Below, one piece after another: positions 1 through 10,246 of a stretch of 64,000 bases of DNA. The stretch lies in the NCBI GenBank assembly GCA_963712115.1, contig CAVQGX010000022.1:32001-96000 (forward strand), read 5' to 3'. Under the pieces are notes generated by a model. It had not been told where the DNA came from, made no database searches, and saw only the letters and a program-made list of their open reading frames with translations. The DNA is from an uncultured delta proteobacterium. GTDB taxonomy: Bacteria > Desulfobacterota > Syntrophobacteria > BM002. The position numbers and the translations under genes are program-made. Within the stretch, counting starts at the first letter, position 1, and each line of letters begins with the position of its first letter.

Positions 1-84
1 CAATGCAAGCAAGAGCGCGAGTACAGTCAAAAAGCTTCTCAGTTTCATATCCTGCTCCATCTTTTCTATAATTTAGATTTCTGG

Positions 85-3000
85 TTATTCTTCTAAATTC
101 CAACCCCTCCACAATCCGTATATCGCCGGCACCACTATAAGAGTAAGAATAGTGGCACTAACCATACCGCCAACCATGGGAGCTGCAATACGTTTCATAA
201 CTTCAGAACCGGTGCCGTGGCTCCACATTATGGGCATGAGCCCAGCCATAATGGCGACCACGGTCATCATCTTGGGCCTCACCCTCAAGGCCGCCCCTTC
301 CTCTATGGCCTCGTATAGATGGAGCCGGTTGAAATTTTCTCCATACTGAGCCTTGAATTTTTTATATGCCTGATCCAGGTAGATTAGCATGACAACTCCA
401 GTCTCCGCTGCAACTCCTGCCAGGGCAATGAAGCCTACCCCAACCGCGACGCTCATGTGGTAGCCGAGAAGGTACATTAGCCACAGTCCGCCGGTTAGAG
501 AAAAGGGCACGCTCAGCATGACGATCAAACTCTCTGTGACGTTTTTGAAATTGAAGTAAAGCAAAAGAAAGATGATCAGTAAAGTCATAGGAACCACGAC
601 CATGAGCCGTTTCTTGGCTCGCTGCATGTACTCGTACTGGCCGGACCAGACGATGCTGTAGCCCGAGGGGAGCTTCAGCTTCTCGCTCACTGCCTGCTGC
701 GCCATCTTTACGTAGGTCCCCACGTCAATTCCTCTGAGGTCAATATAAATCCAGGCGTTTTTACGGGCATTTTCACTCTTGATGCTTGGTGGACCTTTAA
801 CAATTTCAATGTCAGCCAATTGGGTAATGGGGACCTGAGCACCATTAGGAGTGGGCACCAGAATGCGCCGGAGTTTCTCGGGGGAATCTCGAAATTCTGC
901 CTTGTAGCGAAGGTTTACCGGGTACCGTTCCAAACCTTCCACCGTTGTGGTGATGTTCATGCCTCCAACGGCGGAAATAATAATGTCCTGGACGTCACCC
1001 ACGGTGAGACCATAGCGTGCCGCCTCCTCGCGATTGATGCGATAGTCGAGGAAATTACCACCGGTGACCCGCTCCGCATAGACGCTCAAAGTGTGAGGCA
1101 CTTCTCTTATGATTGCCTCCACTTGCTCCCCAAGGTTGTTAAGAACCCGGAGATCCTCTCCCATGAGCTTGATACCTACCGGCGTTTTGATCCCGGTAGA
1201 AAGCATGTCTATACGGGTTTTGATGGGCATGGTCCAAGCGTTGGTAAGCCCCGGAAATTGGATGGCGTCATTCAGCTCTTCCACCAGCTTGTCCATGGTC
1301 ATGTCCGGCCGCCATTCAGACTCCGGCTTGAGCGTAATAGTGGTCTCGATCATGGAGAGGGGTGCGGGATCGGTGGCGGTCTCGGCGCGACCGACCTTGC
1401 CGAAGACGTGGTGCACTTCAGGGAAAGAGGCGATGATCCTGTCGGTCTGCTGTAAGAGCTCCTTGGCCTTGGTGATCGAGATGCCCGGCAGCGTCGTGGG
1501 CATATAAAGCAAGTCGCCTTCATTCAGGGGAGGCATGAACTCGGAGCCGATGCCCTTCCAAGGGATATAGCTCACAGACAACGTAATCACTGCCAGGGCA
1601 ATCACCAGGACCTTGGCCTTGAGCACCAACTTGATGACCGGGTGGTAAATCCAGATGAGGAAACGGTTCACCGGGTTCTTTTCCTCAGGTCTTATCTTGC
1701 CGCGGATCAGGTAGCCCATGAGCACCGGCACGATGGTAACAGACAGAAGCGAGGCACCTAACATGGCGTAGGTCTTGGTAAAGGCCAGGGGACGAAACAG
1801 CCGGCCTTCCTGGGCTTCGAGGGTGAACACCGGCAGAAAGCTAACGGCGATAATCAGCAAGGAAAAGAAAAGGGCAGGGCCAACTTCTTTCGAGGCATCC
1901 AAAACCAGTTGCCAGTGCGGCTTGTTACCTCCCTCGTGTTCGATGTGTTTGTGTACGTTTTCAATCATGACGATTGCAGCGTCCACCATGGCACCAACAG
2001 CTATGGCAATGCCCCCCAAGCTCATGATGTTGGCGTTGATGCCCTGCCGTTCCATGATTATAAAACTGATCAGCACCCCTAAGGGCAGAGTGATGATGCC
2101 CACCAAGGCGCTGCGAAAGTGCAGGAGAAAAACAATGCACACCAGGGCAACAATGATGCTCTCTTCGATGAGAGTTCTTTTCAGGTTGTGAATAGCTCTG
2201 AGGATCAGCCCCGAACGATCATACACCGCCTTGATCGTCACCCCTTCGGGTAGTCCGGCCTTGAGCTGTTCAAGCTTGTTTTTGACGTTCTGAATTACCT
2301 GGAGAGCATTTTCTCCATAGCGCATGACAATGATACCGCCTACCACCTCGCCGTTGCCGTTGTAATCGGCAAGGCCTCTCCTGAGTTCCGGACCGACCTT
2401 AACTGTTGCCACGTCTCGCACCAAGGTGGGTGTGCCATCTTTGTCAACCCGGAGGGGAACCATCTCGAGGTCTTTCACGCCCTTGATGTAGCCCAGTCCC
2501 CTTACCATGAACTCGGTCTCCCCCATTTCCACCACCCGGCCCCCAACATCGTTGTTGCTCCGTTGGATTGCCATCCGCAGCTTCTGCAGAGGAATATTAA
2601 AGGCCAAAAGCTTGTTGGGATCTATGGTTACCTGATACTGTTTGACGAAGCCGCCAATGGAAGCGACTTCGGCGACACCAGGCACACTGGTGAGTTCATA
2701 TCGCAGAAACCAGTCCTGAATGGATCTGAGCTGAGCCAGATCGTGCCGGTCGCTCTCAAGGATATACTCATAAACCCAACCGACCCCGGTGGCGTCAGGC
2801 CCCAATGAGGGCGTGACCCCAGGGGGCAGTCTTCCTGCAACGTAATTGATGTATTCCAGCACCCGACTTCGAGCCCAGTACATGTCGGTGCCATCCTCGA
2901 AGATAATGTAGACAAAGGAAAGTCCGAAAAAAGAGTAGCCCCTTACCACCTTGGCATATGGCACAGCAAGCATGGCCGTAGTGAGCGGATAAGTGACCTG

Positions 3001-3189
3001 GTCTTCCACAACCTGAGGTGCCTGGCCTGAATATTCGGTAAAGATGATCACCTGAACGTCCGAGAGGTCGGGGATGGCATCTAGTGGTGTTTTTGTCATG
3101 GCGTAGATGCCGGCAGCGACGACAAACAAGGTCATGAGGATTACCAGAAATTTGTTCTTGATGGAGTATTCGATTATTTTTTCGATCAT
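85..3189 (-). CDS. cusA: CusA/CzcA family heavy-metal efflux RND transporter
   Basis: 1034 aa; PLDAIPDLSDVQV, LGPDATGVGWVY, GAMVDAAIVMIEN, RVRPKMMT motifs; 12-TM RND layout. Confidence 0.96.
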   Translation of the reverse strand: MIEKIIEYSIKNKFLVILMTLFVVAAGIYAMTKTPLDAIPDLSDVQVIIFTEYSGQAPQVVEDQVTYPLTTAMLAVPYAKVVRGYSFFGLSFVYIIFEDGTDMYWARSRVLEYINYVAGRLPPGVTPSLGPDATGVGWVYEYILESDRHDLAQLRSIQDWFLRYELTSVPGVAEVASIGGFVKQYQVTIDPNKLLAFNIPLQKLRMAIQRSNNDVGGRVVEMGETEFMVRGLGYIKGVKDLEMVPLRVDKDGTPTLVRDVATVKVGPELRRGLADYNGNGEVVGGIIVMRYGENALQVIQNVKNKLEQLKAGLPEGVTIKAVYDRSGLILRAIHNLKRTLIEESIIVALVCIVFLLHFRSALVGIITLPLGVLISFIIMERQGINANIMSLGGIAIAVGAMVDAAIVMIENVHKHIEHEGGNKPHWQLVLDASKEVGPALFFSLLIIAVSFLPVFTLEAQEGRLFRPLAFTKTYAMLGASLLSVTIVPVLMGYLIRGKIRPEEKNPVNRFLIWIYHPVIKLVLKAKVLVIALAVITLSVSYIPWKGIGSEFMPPLNEGDLLYMPTTLPGISITKAKELLQQTDRIIASFPEVHHVFGKVGRAETATDPAPLSMIETTITLKPESEWRPDMTMDKLVEELNDAIQFPGLTNAWTMPIKTRIDMLSTGIKTPVGIKLMGEDLRVLNNLGEQVEAIIREVPHTLSVYAERVTGGNFLDYRINREEAARYGLTVGDVQDIIISAVGGMNITTTVEGLERYPVNLRYKAEFRDSPEKLRRILVPTPNGAQVPITQLADIEIVKGPPSIKSENARKNAWIYIDLRGIDVGTYVKMAQQAVSEKLKLPSGYSIVWSGQYEYMQRAKKRLMVVVPMTLLIIFLLLYFNFKNVTESLIVMLSVPFSLTGGLWLMYLLGYHMSVAVGVGFIALAGVAAETGVVMLIYLDQAYKKFKAQYGENFNRLHLYEAIEEGAALRVRPKMMTVVAIMAGLMPIMWSHGTGSEVMKRIAAPMVGGMVSATILTLIVVPAIYGLWRGWNLEE

Positions 3190-3240
3190 TTCAGGCTTTC
3201 AGACTCCAGGTCATTGATTGTTATCTCTTGGGTTCATATA

Positions 3241-3347
3241 AATCCCCCCGACCCCGCTTTACGAAAGGGGGGCTAATACACATAATTCGCGGAAAAGCCC
3301 GCCAGCAGAAAAAGTCCCCCTTTTCTAAAGGGGGATTTAGGGGGATT
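3241..3347. repeat. REP-like paired palindromes (CCCCCTTT..AAAGGGGG family)
   Basis: Two hairpin units in inverted orientation between cusB and cusA; 3311-3347 is the reverse complement of 15276-15312 with one mismatch. Confidence 0.8.
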
Positions 3348-3381
3348 CTTGATCAGTGAAACCAACTATTAGCTTCCAATT

Positions 3382-4881
3382 CTAACGATTACTATTTGCT
3401 TTAGGACTGTCCTCCATTGTCATTCCCGACATATCCAAATCGTCCTTGTTGCTCTCCATAGTTATGCCACTCATGTCCGAGTCGTCAGATGTTGACTGCT
3501 CTTCCCCTTTGGCAATTTTCCCGGCAGCCTGCTTGTCTGGAGAACTGGTCTGTCTGACTTCCAGCATTTTTTGAATGGCCTCATGCAAGCGGCTTTCAGA
3601 ATCGAACATGAACTGAGCCGATGTTACAATCTCTTCACCTTCACTCAACCCTTCCAGTACCTGGTATTCGTTGTCACTTCCTTCCAGACCCAGTTGGACC
3701 TCTCGGGGCTCAAACCTACCCTTACCGAGAGATATAAAGACCAAGTTACGAAAGCCGCTTCTAATCAGCGACTCTTGCGGGATGACCAGGCTCTCTTGTG
3801 ATACGGTGGATTTCAGATAAACGTTGGCATACATATCAAGCTTTAGCTCATAATTTGGATTGGGAAATTCCAACCGTAGCGTTGCCGTCCTGGTCTGAGG
3901 ATTGAGGTATGGATAGATATAGAGAACTTTCCCGTGGAAACGCTTGCCGGGTGCGTAGGGCAACTCCATTTCAGCTGCCATTCCCTGGTGAATCCAGGGC
4001 AGATCGTACTCGTAAATTTCCACATCAACCCAAACAGTGGATAGATCGGCAATTTTGTACATGCGCTTGCCCGGTTTAAAGTAACTACCTTCAGTTGCCT
4101 TCCTTATGACAACCACCCCGGAGGCCGGAGAATGGATTGTTACTGTCTTGCGGGTTTTGCCGGTCCGCTCAATCTCGCGGATCTGCTCGTCGGTGTGATC
4201 CCAGTAAAGGAGACGAGTGCGGGAAGCCTGCAAGAGACGCTCGGCCCCTTCGCGGATGCTCGGGTAACCACTGCTCGAAAGATTCTCATGTTGCCGCAGG
4301 GCCAGAAGGTATTCCTCCTGGGCACTGACCAATTCCGGACTGTAAATGTCAAAAAGGGGTTGCCCCTTCCTCACCACCTCACCCTCAAACTGTACATAGA
4401 GCTTTTCAATCCAGCCTGCAAACTTCGTGTTAATCTCATAAAGCTTGGTCTCGTCAGTCCTGATGTTACCGACTGCCCGGATGTATTTGACCAGGGGTTT
4501 CTTTTGAACTAAGGCTGTACGCACGCCCATATTCTGGACGGTAACGGGATCGATGCGAATGGTTGAAGTTGCCTCTTTTTCCCCGGACTCTTCTTCGTAG
4601 ACAGGCACCAGATCCATGCCCATGGGAGATTTCCCTGGTTCGTCTCGGATGTAGGTGGGATCCATGGGCGCAACCCAATATTTTATTTTCTTGCCGGTTT
4701 TCGGGTCAATCAATCCGGCTTCGAGCCCCTCTGTTGGAGCCGTAGAGCTCTCTTGCCTTGCAACCTCGCCACCGCCCGGTTTACTACTGGTCTGTCGCTG
4801 AGACCAGAGGCTCATACCAATCCAGCCCCCGATTACGCCGGCCAGCAAAACAACAAGAGCTGTAATCACCATTCGTTTCAT
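3382..4881 (-). CDS. cusB: CusB-like RND periplasmic adaptor subunit
   Basis: N-terminal TM; YWVAPMDP...PGKSPMGMDLVP metal-binding motif; YSPELVSAQEEYL; Met/Asp-rich C-terminal tail. Confidence 0.93.
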   Translation of the reverse strand: MKRMVITALVVLLAGVIGGWIGMSLWSQRQTSSKPGGGEVARQESSTAPTEGLEAGLIDPKTGKKIKYWVAPMDPTYIRDEPGKSPMGMDLVPVYEEESGEKEATSTIRIDPVTVQNMGVRTALVQKKPLVKYIRAVGNIRTDETKLYEINTKFAGWIEKLYVQFEGEVVRKGQPLFDIYSPELVSAQEEYLLALRQHENLSSSGYPSIREGAERLLQASRTRLLYWDHTDEQIREIERTGKTRKTVTIHSPASGVVVIRKATEGSYFKPGKRMYKIADLSTVWVDVEIYEYDLPWIHQGMAAEMELPYAPGKRFHGKVLYIYPYLNPQTRTATLRLEFPNPNYELKLDMYANVYLKSTVSQESLVIPQESLIRSGFRNLVFISLGKGRFEPREVQLGLEGSDNEYQVLEGLSEGEEIVTSAQFMFDSESRLHEAIQKMLEVRQTSSPDKQAAGKIAKGEEQSTSDDSDMSGITMESNKDDLDMSGMTMEDSPKANSNR

Positions 4882-4956
4882 ATTTGTTTTACCTCAGTGC
4901 AAATACATTCCCTTTGTTTTGTGTATAAGTTAAGCATTAAAACAAGAAAAATCCCC

Positions 4957-6292
4957 TCATGAAGACTGGTTCACCTTCTCTGAGGTATTGTCTAGGGGCC
5001 CGCCAATTACCTCTTGGAGTTCTGCCAACTTTTGGTAAATGCTGTAGAGATAACGCTTTGCTTGCAGCTCGGCGCGGAGCAACATAATATGCGCGCTAAC
5101 CATGGTGTTGAATTCCACTTTGCCCACTTCGTAAGCTGCGAGAGAGGAGCGAGCCCATTGTTCAGCCTGAACCAAAAGTGCATCCACATAAAGTTTGTAG
5201 TTCTTCTGGGTATTGTTGATCTCGGTGGCCAAGGCGTCCACCTGGTAAGGTAAAGACTCCGCCAAGTTGCGAAAGGATTTTATCGCAGCTTCATGGCTTT
5301 TCTTGGAGGCAGCAAGCTTTTTGTTCTGACGACTCTTGGCCCAGAGGGGAACGTTGATCGTCACCGTACCAGAAAAGAAATCCGGCCGATCGCGCCCGGT
5401 GGGATCATCGTCACGTTGACCGTAGGCCACCTCTAAAGTCCATGTCCGGCCAGTACTCTTTCTTGGCAAGTTTGATCTCCACCTCGGACTGAGCCACCTT
5501 TGCCTGTCGCAGCTGCAGCCAGGGATTCCTGGCCAGGCTCTTTTCTTTCATCTCCTTTAAGGACTGGAAGTCAAATTCCACCTCTGGATAGCTGAGATCC
5601 ATAAGAGGATCGACGGACATAAATTGTTCGCGATTGAGCAGTTCGTTGATTTGATCTCGCAAGGTTCGACGTCGCTTCTCCAAAACGATTTTTTCGTCAA
5701 GGAGTTTGCTCAGTTCTACTTGTGCCTGGAGGACGTCCTGCTGAAGGCCTTCACCAGAGGCATATCTGGTCTCGGCTACTTTGAGGAGTTGAGTCACCAT
5801 ATCGGTCAACTGTTCATTGATCTCATGATTGGTGACGACGAATCCCAGTTCATAATAGGCAATGGCAATTTTGCGAGCCAATTCCAACTTTTTGGCCTCG
5901 AGCATAGCCTGCTGTTCGCTTGCCATGAGAGCCTGTCGCTGAGACTTAAGGCTCAGTTTGCCGAACCAGGGGAACTTCTGAGCCAGGAAAACCGTTTTTT
6001 GGGTCATGGGCTCTTCGTCGAACTCCCAGCTGTCGGTGGGCAGGTTCAGAACACCGAAGCCAAGACGAGGGTCTTCCAGTGAACCGGCGAAAGAAACCTC
6101 TTCCTTAGAGCTCTGGACCTTGGCCTCCAGGCTTTGAATTTCTTTGTTCTGGGCAAGCCCCTCTTCGATCAATTCAACTAGAGGCTGTGGCGCGTTGATG
6201 GGCGCTTGAGCCATAAGGGGTCTGCCAACGACCAGGCCCAGCGCAAATAATGCTGCAGTCAAGATCAGTCGTTTCTTAAAAAGATATTTCAT
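4957..6292 (-). CDS. TolC family outer-membrane efflux protein, frameshifted near 5430
   Basis: ORFs 5411..6340 and 4957..5469 join as ...WPDMDF/VAYGQR...; signal peptide from ATG 6292 with GGAGG RBS; QKFPWFGKL and YEVGKVEF motifs. The frameshift is probably an assembly error. Confidence 0.85.
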
Positions 6293-6319
6293 TTTTGCTC
6301 CTCCCAGATGACAGAATAG

Positions 6320-6334
6320 GCAATTCAGGTGCCA
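6320..6334 (-). promoter_or_regulatory. Sigma-54 (-24/-12) promoter of the tolC-cusBA operon
   Basis: Minus strand reads TGGCACCTGAATTGC (GG-N10-GC), 28 nt upstream of ATG 6292. Confidence 0.85.
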
Positions 6335-6430
6335 AAACATAATCTCTAATATAAATAATTAATTTAACTAAAAATATAGCGACTAAAACTCATTAACCAC
6401 TTCCCGTAGTTTTGAATTGATAGCACAATA

Positions 6431-6480
6431 TGGATACTTTATATCCACATTTATCAATTCTGATGAGTAAAAAGTATCCA
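6431..6480. promoter_or_regulatory. Putative activator binding sites (TGGATACTTT motif)
   Basis: TGGATACTTTATATCCA palindrome at 6431-6447 and an inverted copy AAAGTATCCA at 6471-6480, about 100-150 bp upstream of the sigma-54 promoter across an AT-rich spacer. Confidence 0.55.
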
Positions 6481-6876
6481 GTAGGGATCGATCAACATTC
6501 GAGAATCGCGCCCTTGACAAATTGCTAATGGACTAGCGCGGCCGGACCTAAATCTAGTCTTGGCTTAGCGAAAGAGGCTGAGAATTGAATATAGCGGATC
6601 AGTTCCAACCTTAGCGAAGAGTAAGGCACCATTCTTGAATAGTTCAAGGAACTAAATTCGAAGAGAGATAGCGAGCACCTCAGGATGAACGCCAAATATA
6701 AGATTTGAAGGTCCGAAAGTAGATCTATTTTTCTGATAAGTTAGAGTTGATAGGTATTTTGACATTTAATCATTATATTATATCCAAGTCCATAATGAGT
6801 TAAAGGTTTAAAAACGAATTTTTTTGGTGGGTCGTCTCCTCTGAAAAATTGAGGAGAGATTCATAGGAGTGAATTC

Positions 6877-8685
6877 ATGATTCGGATAAAGAGCTTGCAG
6901 CAACGCTTGATGCTCTTTCTCTTCCTTCCTGTGGCAGCCCTCCTGATAGGCATGGGAATGATAGGATTTGTCTATGCCAGAAACAGCCTGCTAACCCAGT
7001 GGAGAGAAGCTGCCGTTCTAAAATTACAGCGGGCAGCCCACGATGTTGACATGCGGCTGAGCCGCCCACTGAGATGGCTGGAGATGTACAACGATACGGG
7101 AGGCGAGCATTTCGACGAGCACACTCAGGAATGGATTTTAGAACAGTTGCGGCAGCTGGAAGGAGTCGTGAAAGTCGAACTTGACAGAGTTGATGAAGAG
7201 CGCGACGAAGCCATGCTCCATATGCACTTACAACATCATGGAGCCCAGGGGTCTATGATGCGCGGCATGATGCACTTTCACCGGGCCAGAATAGCAGAGA
7301 TAACCCCTCCTCGCTACGACTCTCTTCTTCAGCATGAAACTGTGTCGATCATTTCCGAGCTCAACGATACAAATGGCGCGAAATTAGGGCAGCTCGAGGT
7401 GGTGATCCGCTTTGATTATCTGCTGGAAAATCTGGGAGCCACAGGTTGGTGGCAGAGTCGGCGGGCATTTCTGGTGGACAATGATGGAAAAGTGCTCGTC
7501 TGCACCGATCCCGACCGTAGACAACTGGGTGAGAATAACGACCCACTGGAGTTGGCAACTTTAAAGGCGATCAAGGAACAGACATCAGGGACGATACTTG
7601 GCCAGGGACACCCACCCAAAGAGGTAAGCGGTTTCTACCAACTTGAAGAAGCTCCATGGAGTGTGGTTATGGTCGCCCCCGGAAGGGAGATTCTTGCGCC
7701 TATCGTTAAGTTCCGCAACTATTACATTGTGGGAGGGTCCTTGTTTGTTCTCTCGATCCTGTTGTTGATCCGCTTGGTTACGGGACGGACGGTTTCTTCC
7801 ATAAAAGACGTCTCCAGCGCGGCTGAGAGCATAGCACAGGGCGACTATAGTGCTTTTCTTCCGGTGAAAAGCGAAGACGAAGTGGGCCAACTAATGGAGA
7901 ACTTCAATACCATGGCCTCACAACTCCAGGAGAGAATGAGACTCAAACAAGAGATGAATCTGGCCATGGAAGTGCAGCAGAGTTTGCTTCCCCAGAGACC
8001 TCCTCAAATTGTAGGTTTTGATATAGCCGGCAAAAGTATTTACTGTGAGGAAACCGGCGGAGATTACTACGATTTTATAGAGTTTCCCGAGCTGGGTCAG
8101 GGCCACATGGGAGTGGCAGTGGGTGATGTGGCAGGCCACGGGATAGCTCCGGCTTTGCTGATGACCACGGTCAGAGCCTTCCTGCGAAGTAGGGTTCTTA
8201 CGCAGCCGGAGGATCTGGCAGATGCAATAACAGACGTCAATCGCCTCCTTTGCGCCGACACCGCTGAAACAGGCAATTTTATGACTCTCTTTTTTATGTT
8301 GATCGATTCGGGTAATGGTAAAGTTCGTTGGGTGAGAGCGGGACATGAACCTGCCATGATTTATGATCCGTCTACCGACTCTTTTGATGAATTGCACGGG
8401 AGAGGCATTGCTTTGGGGGTGGACGAGACCTGGTCTTTCGAAGAGCAGATAAGAGAACTTTGGTTCGATTCTCAGATAGTTCTTATTGGCACTGACGGTA
8501 TCTGGGAGACTGAAAATCCCCAGGGGGAAAGCTTCGGCAAAAGGCGACTAAAGGAGATTATTCGGCAACACAAAAATAAATCCAGTGAAGAAATAGTCCA
8601 GGCCATAACGGACGCCTTGGCTGATCACCGGGAGACTGCACCCCAGCAGGATGACGTAACCATGGTAGTAATAAAGAAGGTTTGA
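6877..8685 (+). CDS. Membrane SpoIIE/RsbU-type PP2C phosphatase with Cache-like and HAMP domains
   Basis: Two TM segments, HAMP (SEDEVGQLMENFNTM), GGDYYD, GDVAGHG, RAGH, GTDGIWE and DDVT motifs. Confidence 0.92.
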   Translation: MIRIKSLQQRLMLFLFLPVAALLIGMGMIGFVYARNSLLTQWREAAVLKLQRAAHDVDMRLSRPLRWLEMYNDTGGEHFDEHTQEWILEQLRQLEGVVKVELDRVDEERDEAMLHMHLQHHGAQGSMMRGMMHFHRARIAEITPPRYDSLLQHETVSIISELNDTNGAKLGQLEVVIRFDYLLENLGATGWWQSRRAFLVDNDGKVLVCTDPDRRQLGENNDPLELATLKAIKEQTSGTILGQGHPPKEVSGFYQLEEAPWSVVMVAPGREILAPIVKFRNYYIVGGSLFVLSILLLIRLVTGRTVSSIKDVSSAAESIAQGDYSAFLPVKSEDEVGQLMENFNTMASQLQERMRLKQEMNLAMEVQQSLLPQRPPQIVGFDIAGKSIYCEETGGDYYDFIEFPELGQGHMGVAVGDVAGHGIAPALLMTTVRAFLRSRVLTQPEDLADAITDVNRLLCADTAETGNFMTLFFMLIDSGNGKVRWVRAGHEPAMIYDPSTDSFDELHGRGIALGVDETWSFEEQIRELWFDSQIVLIGTDGIWETENPQGESFGKRRLKEIIRQHKNKSSEEIVQAITDALADHRETAPQQDDVTMVVIKKV

Positions 8686-8717
8686 TTGTAGCGGCAGCAA
8701 TTCATGAAACATCCGGG

Positions 8718-8969
8718 CTAGTGACAAGGCGGACCGGCTCGACCGAAAACCTTCACATTGGCTTTGACCAACCGAGCGAGAAAGCGGCCGAATGGGCCCT
8801 TTGGTTTGAGGTATCTTTCGGGATTTTTTTGAAAAGCCCTTACACAGCATGGCGCACAGAAGTAGTAAGATAGACCCTTATACGTGCTAACCATTGCGTC
8901 CGGGTCTCCCCGGGTTATCTCCATCCCGCATACCGGGTCCACAAGTTTTTTCTGTCTATAAGCTCCCAT
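8718..8969 (-). CDS. YHS domain protein
   Basis: DPVCGM...YYFCAPCC...F..NPERY; C-terminal PPCH; GGA RBS. Confidence 0.88.
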   Translation of the reverse strand: MGAYRQKKLVDPVCGMEITRGDPDAMVSTYKGLSYYFCAPCCVRAFQKNPERYLKPKGPFGRFLARLVKANVKVFGRAGPPCH

Positions 8970-9241
8970 TGGTCTATCCTTAGTAGTCTATTTTATTAGA
9001 TTACTCCAGCACTCCAACACTCCATTACTCCAACCAAATATGAAACTGTGGGAGCGGCTTGAAGCCGCGATTCCGACAGCCTTTATGCCGGGGTACCGCA
9101 ACCGCGGATCATTCCAGCCTTCTATACCTCCTCTTTTTTCAGTGTAACCGATGACAAAGCCGAAAACACAAATTGTCAGAGCAAAAGCTAAGCCGACGAC
9201 AAGATGCTTAGAATAGATGCTCATGGAAAACTCCTTACCAA

Positions 9242-9334
9242 TTACCCCAGCGGTCGCCACCGTAGCCGAATACTGGAGCCGCCAAAAAAGGTCGCCATCA
9301 ATAAGATTCCTACGATCGTAGCCACTCTCTTCAT
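9242..9334 (-). pseudogene. Short signal-peptide-like ORF or gene remnant
   Basis: GGAGG RBS then MKRVATIVGILLMATF..., stopping after 30 codons; removing one T from a T6 run gives ...FLAAPVFGYGGDRWGNW*. Confidence 0.35.
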
Positions 9335-9397
9335 TTTGTCTAACCTCCACTTTTTGTTTCATTTGCTAGTTAGTGCCCATCCGGAAATAGAATACTC

Positions 9398-9526
9398 TCC
9401 TCCCCCTTGACGGGGGAGGATGAAGGTGGGGGTGATCCCCCTCCCCCCGCCCGCCTCGCCTGAGTCAGCCTCAGGCGGACGATGGCGGGCAGGCTTTATC
9501 CCCTCCCGCCAGGGGAGGGGAAGAGG
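9398..9526. repeat. REP-like palindromic element with nested GC-rich insert
   Basis: CTCCCCCTTGACGGGGGAG and CCCTCCCGCCAGGGGAGGG hairpins flanking an inner CCCGCC...GGCGGG segment. Confidence 0.65.
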
Positions 9527-9616
9527 AGTGGTCTGAACCTGGTACATAGGTTACCCATGTCCGTGGTTGCACGAGTTTCCGGATGGACACTAGTTATCTA
9601 TTTACCTTCTCTAATG

Positions 9617-9631
9617 GCAACGACTGTGCCA
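9617..9631 (-). promoter_or_regulatory. Sigma-54 promoter facing the YHS gene
   Basis: Minus strand reads TGGCACAGTCGTTGC; TGGATACTTT copy at 9718-9727. Confidence 0.75.
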
Positions 9632-10246
9632 AAAGAGATCTTATGTGTTAAGTATTTAATTTAACAGGTTTTATATGATTTAATATCGGTGAGGTATAAG
9701 TGGAGAAGAAGGGCAAGTGGATACTTTCTGATTAGCCAAGCCATCCGAGCGGCAGCATGGATTATTCACTATATTGTGAAAACAATCCCATGACAAAACC
9801 AGGATTGTGCTTGATTTTTTGCCCTGATAGGAGTAACAATTCTCATAATGATAATTAGCTAAATTATCACATTGTAGCTCATCCCTCCTCGCTATTGCGA
9901 GAACTGAAGCACGGCAGGTACGATTCAAGGGCGGTTAACAGACGTCTGCCAGAATCAAAAAAATTGTAATTACTGCATGTTGCTGATAATCGCAAATCTC
10001 AAGGGCCTTATAAGACATCCACTCGACCTGGTGAGCCGGCTCGATGCTGCCCCCACATTTCTTAATTACTTGATTGATAATTGCATTCTGTCAGGGTGAG
10101 GAAGGTGACTTCTCCCCTGAGGCTGAATTAATGCAAGAGTGCTTTGAGCCGTGTTTTACCTAGCTCAGGTACTTGGTTGGAAAGGAGGTGAGAAAGAGTT
10201 TTTAGGTTAGGGGTTACTTCAACTCCAAAGACAAGGAGGGCAAGAG

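Noticed and set aside
152-2915. Antisense and alternate-frame ORFs overlapping cusA, and similar ones over other long genes
   Set aside because: They are shadow ORFs of well-supported genes with no motifs of their own.
8988-9362. 124-aa ORF as a single gene
   Set aside because: It overlaps a better RBS-led ORF in another frame and its 3' part runs through repeat-like sequence; at most a short membrane peptide from ATG 9224.
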